This document shows positions 23,019-31,494 of a DNA stretch of 64,000 bases, piece after piece. The stretch is from the NCBI GenBank assembly GCA_964019335.1, contig OZ025688.1:434001-498000 (forward strand), given 5' to 3'. This DNA is from Diplonema japonicum. Lineage: Eukaryota > Protista > Euglenozoa: Diplonemea. The notes beneath the pieces are model-generated. The model was not told the origin of the DNA, did not search any database, and saw only the letters and a list, made by a program, of their open reading frames with translations. Position 1 is the stretch's first letter, and each line of letters opens with the position of its first letter. Position numbers and translations under genes: made by a program.

Positions 23019-25856
23019 ATGAAGCTATTGCTCCTTGTTTGCATCATAGCCCTCACCGAAGGGCGTCGCCCTCCAACTCTGTGGAAGCTTGAGAAGCCCT
23101 GCTGGAACGAGAAGAAGTGCAGGAACTGCGATGGGAGGTGCGTGAAGGAGGAGAAGGTGCAGTGCCTGAGGGACCCCTGCGAGGACTCGCCTTGCGGTGA
23201 CGAGGAGATGTGCGTTGCGAACTATTGTGGGGAGTGCAGCGCTTGCTGCCTGGAGCCGAAGGAGTGCAACAAGCAGTCGAGGGTGTGCGAGGACGGGAGC
23301 GAGGTCTTCAGGGACCCCTTCAACAACTGCAGGTTCCCGGAGTGCCCGGAACCGGTGATCTGCACCACCGACGTGTTCGAGTGCGCTGACGGGACGTACC
23401 TGTCGAGGGGCGGACCGAACTGCGAGTTCCCCGAGTGCCCTGTGAAGATCCCCGCCTGCGCCCCGAAGGGGACGACCCTTTACCACGATGCGAAAACCTG
23501 TCAGATCGTCAACTTCTTTTGCGAGGAAGGGTTCGAGCACTGGAGCAACCCGTTCTGTGGTTGTGGTTGCAAGCCGAAGGCGGTGGTGGAGGAGGGCTGC
23601 CCCAAGGGCCAGTGCGCCGACTGCGACGGGAAGTGCATCGACCAGGTGTTCTGCATCCACAACCCTTGCTTGACGGACAACGGCGGGTGTGCTGCTGACG
23701 AGGAGTGCGTGGGTTCGTGCGGGTGCTTCAAGTGCGGGTGCAAGAAGAGGGTGTGCACCGAGGACGCCTTCATCTGCCCCGACGGGACCTCTCTGTCGAG
23801 GGACCCCGCCAACAACTGCGAGTTCCCGAAATGCCCCGTTCCCGCCTGCGCCCCGGAGGGCGCGACCTTCATGGGGGACCACAAGACCTGCATGGTGATC
23901 GATTTTGTTTGCGAAGATGGGTTCGAACACTGGAACGACGTGAAGTGTGGCTGTGGTTGCAAGCCGAAGAAGGAGGTCTGCCCCAAGGGTCAGTGCGCCG
24001 ACTGCGAAGGGAAGTGTGTCGACCAGGTGTTCTGCATCCACAACCCTTGCTTGACGGACAACGGCGGGTGTGCTGCTGACGAGGAGTGCGTGGGTTCGTG
24101 CGGGTGCTTCAAGTGCGGGTGCAAGAAGAGGGTGTGCACCAAGGACGCCTTCATCTGCCCCGACGGGACCTCTCTGTCGAGGGACCCCGCCAACAACTGC
24201 GAGTTCCCTGAGTGCCCCACGAGGGTCTGCACCCAGGAGGTGAAGACCTGTCCCGATGGATCGTTCGTCTCCAGGGACTCGAAGAACGGCTGCGCCTTCC
24301 CCGAGTGCCCTCCTGTCCCCGCCTGTGTCCCGAAGGGCTACACCTTCAAGGGTGTCCCCGAGATTTGCAAGAGGATGAAGTACGCTTGCCCCAAGGGGAT
24401 GGTTCACTGGAGCGACGAGAAGTGTGGCTGTGGCTGCAAGCCGGAACCGGTGATCTGCACCACCGACGTGTTCGAGTGCGCTGACGGGACGTACCTGTCG
24501 AGGGGCGGACCGAACTGCGAGTTCCCCGAGTGCCCTGTGAAGATCCCCGCCTGCGCCCCGAAGGGGACGACCGCTTTCTTTGCACCCAAAACCTGTCAGA
24601 TAATCAACTTCTTTTGCGAGGAAGGGTTCGAGTACTGGGGCAACCCGGACTGTGGTTGTGGTTGCAAGCCGAAGGCGGTGGTGGAGGAGGGCTGCCCCGA
24701 GGGCCAGTGCGCCGACTGCGAAGGGAAGTGCATCGACCAGGTGTTCTGCATCCACAACCCTTGCTTGACGGACAACGGCGGGTGTGCTGCTGACGAGGAG
24801 TGCGTGGGTTCGTGCGCGTGCTTCAAGTGCGGGTGCAAGAAGAGGGTGTGCACCGAGGACGCCTTCATCTGCCCCGACGGGACCTCTCTGTCGAGGGACC
24901 CCGCCAACAAGTGTGAGTTCCCCGAGTGCCCCACGAGGGTCTGCACCCAGGAGGTGAAGACCTGTCCCGATGGATCGTTCGTCTCCAGGGACTCGAAGAA
25001 CGGCTGCGCCTTCCCCGAGTGCCCCACGAGGGTCTGCACTCAGGAAGTGAAGACCTGTCCCGATGGATCGTTCGTTTCTAGGGACTCGAAGAACGGCTGT
25101 GCCTTCCGCGAGTGCCCCACGAGGGTCTGCACCCAGGAAGTGAAGACCTGTCCCGATGGATCGTTCGTTTCTAGGGACTCGACAAGGGGCTGCACCTTCC
25201 CCGAGTGCCCTGTCCCCAAGTGTGTGTCGAAGGGCCACACCTTCGTCGGGACCCCTGAGAGCGACAAGTGCCAGACAAGGAAGTACAACTGCGACATCGG
25301 GATGGAGCGCTGGAGCGACGCCGAGTGCGGCTGCGGTTGCAGGCCGAACTCTTGCCCCGATGGCGAGTGCATGGGATGCGACGGGAAGTGCGCGCCAAGA
25401 ATCTTCTGCAAGGCGAACCCCTGCTCGCTCCCCACCGGGATGTGCGCGAACCCTGACGAGGAGTGTGTGACGGACGGCTGTGGCTGCACGAAGTGCGGGT
25501 GCGAGAAGAGGGTGTGCGACAAGACGACCCACATCTGCCCTGATGGCACTCTCATCAACAGGGACCCCACCAACAACTGCGAGTACCCCAAGTGCCCTTC
25601 CCCTGTGTGCCCTCTGGACGCGAAGCTCTGCCCCAACGGGAAGTACGTGTCTAGAAACCCGAAGAACAACTGCGAGTTCGACCCGTGCGTGGGCGATGCC
25701 TGCACGGGCTGCAACAAGTGGCTGAAGTGTGCTTCGCTGGACTGCCCCAAGGCCCCTGGGAGCTGCTTCGGGTGCTGCCAGAAGTGCGTGATCGGGAACG
25801 ACGGGACCTGCACTGGGGTGACCCCTGTGGAGGCCTGCCCGGTGAACACTCATTGA
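23019..25856 (+). CDS. Secreted cysteine-rich repeat protein (945 aa), copy 1
   Basis: Signal peptide MKLLLLVCIIALTEG; about 16% Cys in repeated 4-, 6- and 12-Cys modules; strong GC3 bias. Confidence 0.9.
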   Translation: MKLLLLVCIIALTEGRRPPTLWKLEKPCWNEKKCRNCDGRCVKEEKVQCLRDPCEDSPCGDEEMCVANYCGECSACCLEPKECNKQSRVCEDGSEVFRDPFNNCRFPECPEPVICTTDVFECADGTYLSRGGPNCEFPECPVKIPACAPKGTTLYHDAKTCQIVNFFCEEGFEHWSNPFCGCGCKPKAVVEEGCPKGQCADCDGKCIDQVFCIHNPCLTDNGGCAADEECVGSCGCFKCGCKKRVCTEDAFICPDGTSLSRDPANNCEFPKCPVPACAPEGATFMGDHKTCMVIDFVCEDGFEHWNDVKCGCGCKPKKEVCPKGQCADCEGKCVDQVFCIHNPCLTDNGGCAADEECVGSCGCFKCGCKKRVCTKDAFICPDGTSLSRDPANNCEFPECPTRVCTQEVKTCPDGSFVSRDSKNGCAFPECPPVPACVPKGYTFKGVPEICKRMKYACPKGMVHWSDEKCGCGCKPEPVICTTDVFECADGTYLSRGGPNCEFPECPVKIPACAPKGTTAFFAPKTCQIINFFCEEGFEYWGNPDCGCGCKPKAVVEEGCPEGQCADCEGKCIDQVFCIHNPCLTDNGGCAADEECVGSCACFKCGCKKRVCTEDAFICPDGTSLSRDPANKCEFPECPTRVCTQEVKTCPDGSFVSRDSKNGCAFPECPTRVCTQEVKTCPDGSFVSRDSKNGCAFRECPTRVCTQEVKTCPDGSFVSRDSTRGCTFPECPVPKCVSKGHTFVGTPESDKCQTRKYNCDIGMERWSDAECGCGCRPNSCPDGECMGCDGKCAPRIFCKANPCSLPTGMCANPDEECVTDGCGCTKCGCEKRVCDKTTHICPDGTLINRDPTNNCEYPKCPSPVCPLDAKLCPNGKYVSRNPKNNCEFDPCVGDACTGCNKWLKCASLDCPKAPGSCFGCCQKCVIGNDGTCTGVTPVEACPVNTH

Positions 25857-25876
25857 TCACAAAAGATTTAAAAAGG

Positions 25877-25907
<31 letters not shown>

Positions 25908-27257
25908 AGAAGAAAAAAAGAGAACAACGCAACGGAAAAACCTGAAGGTTTTTATTATAATAATTTTTTTTTATTTTTTATTATTCTGAATAATTTTATT
26001 CGATTTTATTCACCTCCCTCCTTTTAGTATTACCTCTTTTTCTTTTTTATTTGGTAGGGCACACGCCACAACGGTGGGTCGTCGGCTTTTTACCACTTTT
26101 TCGTTCCCCCCCCCCCCCCCCCCCTTTCCTATCATAGTGAATTTCCGCTTTCATTTTTCGTTTGTTTGTCTTGTGGGTCTATTTAAGACTCCCAGGCATA
26201 TCAGGGGAAAAAAAGAAAGAGAAAAAAACTGAATTTATTCTAGTTTACCCAACTTGTATGAAGAAAGTACCGTTTTGCTTCTTTCTTTTCCAAATGGAAC
26301 TTTTATACCGGTAAAATGTGATTACTTTTATCTTCAAAAACCAAGGGGGTTCGTTTTCGTTTTTTGCTGGCACCAGAAAAAGAAAAAAAAAAGAAATATG
26401 AGTTGAAACGGGAAACCGTTTTTTTCTGGACAGCAGCTTTTTTCTGGGCTTTTTTTTTTTTTTTTTATTCTCTCTCGAAATGAAGTTGAGAATAACCATT
26501 CCCACCTAAGAAAATAGAGAAGGAGTAAATAAAATAGAGTGCTGGCTTGTGCATGACTCCTCACTGTCACCCGGTTACAGTGGATTGACTGCAATCTTGA
26601 ATGCAGTGCTCGCTTTGAGTGCAAAACAGGTGAAGAGCCTTCCCCCCCCCCTTATCCACACTCTGATTTTATCGTAGCCACTTCATACTCTTGTTCTATT
26701 TGGGATTTTTTCTTTGCTGCCTAAACGTACAAGCCCATTATCTCGGGGATTCTGCAGAACTGTTGTCCCTTGCACAACAGGAGAGAAAGAAAAGGACAAA
26801 GTGGGAATGATCCATTGGGTCGTGTATCCTTCGGGTACCTACTTCCCAATGTGTGATCGGTTCTGTGGACCGCGGAGTGGAATGAAAAAGGTTCTCTCTT
26901 AATATCTTTATTTGTTGTACCTTTCTACCGGTCCCAAAACCACCACTCATCACTTTTCCCCTTTTTTTTCATCAGTTCTCGATTATTCCCCTTTTTTTCC
27001 TTTATTCTTTTTTGTTTTTGTTTTTTCTTTTTTTTTTTTACCTCCCTTTTCTTCTCTTCGATACCCTTTCATTCACCCAGAAATATTTCAAAAGAGGTGT
27101 CGATCTCAGACCCTCAAAGGAGATATTCTCGGGGTTTTAGGGTGCAACCTCAATTCTTTTTCAACTATTCTTTTTTTGTTTTTCTTTCAACACGCACCGC
27201 CACCTCTGTTCAGGTTAATTAGAAGAAGAAAAAAAAAAAAAAAAAAAAAAAAAGGAA

Positions 27258-30095
27258 ATGAAGCTATTGCTCCTTGTTTGCATCATAGCCCTCACCGAAG
27301 GGCGTCGCCCTCCAACTCTGTGGAAGCTTGAGAAGCCCTGCTGGAACGAGAAGAAGTGCAGGAACTGCGATGGGAGGTGCGTGAAGGAGGAGAAGGTGCA
27401 GTGCCTGAGGGACCCCTGCGAGGACTCGCCTTGCGGTGACGAGGAGATGTGCGTTGCGAACTATTGTGGGGAGTGCAGCGCTTGCTGCCTGGAGCCGAAG
27501 GAGTGCAACAAGCAGTCGAGGGTGTGCGAGGACGGGAGCGAGGTCTTCAGGGACCCCTTCAACAACTGCAGGTTCCCGGAGTGCCCGGAACCGGTGATCT
27601 GCACCACCGACGTGTTCGAGTGCGCTGACGGGACGTACCTGTCGAGGGGCGGACCGAACTGCGAGTTCCCCGAGTGCCCTGTGAAGATCCCCGCCTGCGC
27701 CCCGAAGGGGACGACCCTTTACCACGATGCGAAAACCTGTCAGATCGTCAACTTCTTTTGCGAGGAAGGGTTCGAGCACTGGAGCAACCCGTTCTGTGGT
27801 TGTGGTTGCAAGCCGAAGGCGGTGGTGGAGGAGGGCTGCCCCAAGGGCCAGTGCGCCGACTGCGACGGGAAGTGCATCGACCAGGTGTTCTGCATCCACA
27901 ACCCTTGCTTGACGGACAACGGCGGGTGTGCTGCTGACGAGGAGTGCGTGGGTTCGTGCGGGTGCTTCAAGTGCGGGTGCAAGAAGAGGGTGTGCACCGA
28001 GGACGCCTTCATCTGCCCCGACGGGACCTCTCTGTCGAGGGACCCCGCCAACAACTGCGAGTTCCCGAAATGCCCCGTTCCCGCCTGCGCCCCGGAGGGC
28101 GCGACCTTCATGGGGGACCACAAGACCTGCATGGTGATCGATTTTGTTTGCGAAGATGGGTTCGAACACTGGAACGACGTGAAGTGTGGCTGTGGTTGCA
28201 AGCCGAAGAAGGAGGTCTGCCCCAAGGGTCAGTGCGCCGACTGCGAAGGGAAGTGTGTCGACCAGGTGTTCTGCATCCACAACCCTTGCTTGACGGACAA
28301 CGGCGGGTGTGCTGCTGACGAGGAGTGCGTGGGTTCGTGCGGGTGCTTCAAGTGCGGGTGCAAGAAGAGGGTGTGCACCAAGGACGCCTTCATCTGCCCC
28401 GACGGGACCTCTCTGTCGAGGGACCCCGCCAACAACTGCGAGTTCCCTGAGTGCCCCACGAGGGTCTGCACCCAGGAGGTGAAGACCTGTCCCGATGGAT
28501 CGTTCGTCTCCAGGGACTCGAAGAACGGCTGCGCCTTCCCCGAGTGCCCTCCTGTCCCCGCCTGTGTCCCGAAGGGCTACACCTTCAAGGGTGTCCCCGA
28601 GATTTGCAAGAGGATGAAGTACGCTTGCCCCAAGGGGATGGTTCACTGGAGCGACGAGAAGTGTGGCTGTGGCTGCAAGCCGGAACCGGTGATCTGCACC
28701 ACCGACGTGTTCGAGTGCGCTGACGGGACGTACCTGTCGAGGGGCGGACCGAACTGCGAGTTCCCCGAGTGCCCTGTGAAGATCCCCGCCTGCGCCCCGA
28801 AGGGGACGACCGCTTTCTTTGCACCCAAAACCTGTCAGATAATCAACTTCTTTTGCGAGGAAGGGTTCGAGTACTGGGGCAACCCGGACTGTGGTTGTGG
28901 TTGCAAGCCGAAGGCGGTGGTGGAGGAGGGCTGCCCCGAGGGCCAGTGCGCCGACTGCGAAGGGAAGTGCATCGACCAGGTGTTCTGCATCCACAACCCT
29001 TGCTTGACGGACAACGGCGGGTGTGCTGCTGACGAGGAGTGCGTGGGTTCGTGCGCGTGCTTCAAGTGCGGGTGCAAGAAGAGGGTGTGCACCGAGGACG
29101 CCTTCATCTGCCCCGACGGGACCTCTCTGTCGAGGGACCCCGCCAACAAGTGTGAGTTCCCCGAGTGCCCCACGAGGGTCTGCACCCAGGAGGTGAAGAC
29201 CTGTCCCGATGGATCGTTCGTCTCCAGGGACTCGAAGAACGGCTGCGCCTTCCCCGAGTGCCCCACGAGGGTCTGCACTCAGGAAGTGAAGACCTGTCCC
29301 GATGGATCGTTCGTTTCTAGGGACTCGAAGAACGGCTGTGCCTTCCGCGAGTGCCCCACGAGGGTCTGCACCCAGGAAGTGAAGACCTGTCCCGATGGAT
29401 CGTTCGTTTCTAGGGACTCGACAAGGGGCTGCACCTTCCCCGAGTGCCCTGTCCCCAAGTGTGTGTCGAAGGGCCACACCTTCGTCGGGACCCCTGAGAG
29501 CGACAAGTGCCAGACAAGGAAGTACAACTGCGACATCGGGATGGAGCGCTGGAGCGACGCCGAGTGCGGCTGCGGTTGCAGGCCGAACTCTTGCCCCGAT
29601 GGCGAGTGCATGGGATGCGACGGGAAGTGCGCGCCAAGAATCTTCTGCAAGGCGAACCCCTGCTCGCTCCCCACCGGGATGTGCGCGAACCCTGACGAGG
29701 AGTGTGTGACGGACGGCTGTGGCTGCACGAAGTGCGGGTGCGAGAAGAGGGTGTGCGACAAGACGACCCACATCTGCCCTGATGGCACTCTCATCAACAG
29801 GGACCCCACCAACAACTGCGAGTACCCCAAGTGCCCTTCCCCTGTGTGCCCTCTGGACGCGAAGCTCTGCCCCAACGGGAAGTACGTGTCTAGAAACCCG
29901 AAGAACAACTGCGAGTTCGACCCGTGCGTGGGCGATGCCTGCACGGGCTGCAACAAGTGGCTGAAGTGTGCTTCGCTGGACTGCCCCAAGGCCCCTGGGA
30001 GCTGCTTCGGGTGCTGCCAGAAGTGCGTGATCGGGAACGACGGGACCTGCACTGGGGTGACCCCTGTGGAGGCCTGCCCGGTGAACACTCATTGA
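27258..30095 (+). CDS. Secreted cysteine-rich repeat protein, copy 2
   Basis: Same translation as copy 1. Confidence 0.9.
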   Translation: MKLLLLVCIIALTEGRRPPTLWKLEKPCWNEKKCRNCDGRCVKEEKVQCLRDPCEDSPCGDEEMCVANYCGECSACCLEPKECNKQSRVCEDGSEVFRDPFNNCRFPECPEPVICTTDVFECADGTYLSRGGPNCEFPECPVKIPACAPKGTTLYHDAKTCQIVNFFCEEGFEHWSNPFCGCGCKPKAVVEEGCPKGQCADCDGKCIDQVFCIHNPCLTDNGGCAADEECVGSCGCFKCGCKKRVCTEDAFICPDGTSLSRDPANNCEFPKCPVPACAPEGATFMGDHKTCMVIDFVCEDGFEHWNDVKCGCGCKPKKEVCPKGQCADCEGKCVDQVFCIHNPCLTDNGGCAADEECVGSCGCFKCGCKKRVCTKDAFICPDGTSLSRDPANNCEFPECPTRVCTQEVKTCPDGSFVSRDSKNGCAFPECPPVPACVPKGYTFKGVPEICKRMKYACPKGMVHWSDEKCGCGCKPEPVICTTDVFECADGTYLSRGGPNCEFPECPVKIPACAPKGTTAFFAPKTCQIINFFCEEGFEYWGNPDCGCGCKPKAVVEEGCPEGQCADCEGKCIDQVFCIHNPCLTDNGGCAADEECVGSCACFKCGCKKRVCTEDAFICPDGTSLSRDPANKCEFPECPTRVCTQEVKTCPDGSFVSRDSKNGCAFPECPTRVCTQEVKTCPDGSFVSRDSKNGCAFRECPTRVCTQEVKTCPDGSFVSRDSTRGCTFPECPVPKCVSKGHTFVGTPESDKCQTRKYNCDIGMERWSDAECGCGCRPNSCPDGECMGCDGKCAPRIFCKANPCSLPTGMCANPDEECVTDGCGCTKCGCEKRVCDKTTHICPDGTLINRDPTNNCEYPKCPSPVCPLDAKLCPNGKYVSRNPKNNCEFDPCVGDACTGCNKWLKCASLDCPKAPGSCFGCCQKCVIGNDGTCTGVTPVEACPVNTH

Positions 30096-31494
30096 TCACA
30101 AAAGATTTAAAAAGGAAAAAAAAAAAAAAAAAAAAAAAAAAAAGAAGAAGAAAAAAAGAGAACAACGCAACGGAAAAACCTGAAGGTTTTTATTATAATA
30201 ATTTTTTTTTATTTTTTATTATTCTGAATAATTTTATTCGATTTTATTCACCTCCCTCCTTTTAGTATTACCTCTTTTTCTTTTTTATTTGGTAGGGCAC
30301 ACGCCACAACGGTGGGTCGTCGGCTTTTTACCACTTTTTCGTTCCCCCCCCCCCCCCCCCCTTTCCTATCATAGTGAATTTCCGCTTTCATTTTTCGTTT
30401 GTTTGTCTTGTGGGTCTATTTAAGACTCCCAGGCATATCAGGGGAAAAAAAGAAAGAGAAAAAAACTGAATTTATTCTAGTTTACCCAACTTGTATGAAG
30501 AAAGTACCGTTTTGCTTCTTTCTTTTCCAAATGGAACTTTTATACCGGTAAAATGTGATTACTTTTATCTTCAAAAACCAAGGGGGTTCGTTTTCGTTTT
30601 TTGCTGGCACCAGAAAAAGAAAAAAAAAAGAAATATGAGTTGAAACGGGAAACCGTTTTTTTCTGGACAGCAGCTTTTTTCTGGGCTTTTTTTTTTTTTT
30701 TTTATTCTCTCTCGAAATGAAGTTGAGAATAACCATTCCCACCTAAGAAAATAGAGAAGGAGTAAATAAAATAGAGTGCTGGCTTGTGCATGACTCCTCA
30801 CTGTCACCCGGTTACAGTGGATTGACTGCAATCTTGAATGCAGTGCTCGCTTTGAGTGCAAAACAGGTGAAGAGCCTTCCCCCCCCCCTTATCCACACTC
30901 TGATTTTATCGTAGCCACTTCATACTCTTGTTCTATTTGGGATTTTTTCTTTGCTGCCTAAACGTACAAGCCCATTATCTCGGGGATTCTGCAGAACTGT
31001 TGTCCCTTGCACAACAGGAGAGAAAGAAAAGGACAAAGTGGGAATGATCCATTGGGTCGTGTATCCTTCGGGTACCTACTTCCCAATGTGTGATCGGTTC
31101 TGTGGACCGCGGAGTGGAATGAAAAAGGTTCTCTCTTAATATCTTTATTTGTTGTACCTTTCTACCGGTCCCAAAACCACCACTCATCACTTTTCCCCTT
31201 TTTTTTCATCAGTTCTCGATTATTCCCCTTTTTTTCCTTTATTCTTTTTTGTTTTTGTTTTTTCTTTTTTTTTTTTACCTCCCTTTTCTTCTCTTCGATA
31301 CCCTTTCATTCACCCAGAAATATTTCAAAAGAGGTGTCGATCTCAGACCCTCAAAGGAGATATTCTCGGGGTTTTAGGGTGCAACCTCAATTCTTTTTCA
31401 ACTATTCTTTTTTTGTTTTTCTTTCAACACGCACCGCCACCTCTGTTCAGGTTAATTAGAAGAAGAAAAAAAAAAAAAAAAAAAAAAAAAGGAA

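Noticed and set aside
24225-25210. CRISPR-like periodic repeats
   Set aside because: These are in-frame ~93-bp protein-module repeats with no unique spacers and no cas genes.
23025-25853. 942-aa antisense ORF overlapping each Cys-rich gene
   Set aside because: It is in codon register with the sense gene. The GC3-rich, Leu/Ser-poor repeat lacks TTA/CTA/TCA codons, so antisense stops are absent by default.
26800-26865. SECIS-like ATGA...TGA stem downstream of a TGA-ending Cys-rich gene
   Set aside because: No apical AA at the required spacing, and readthrough would add only a few residues with no redox motif.
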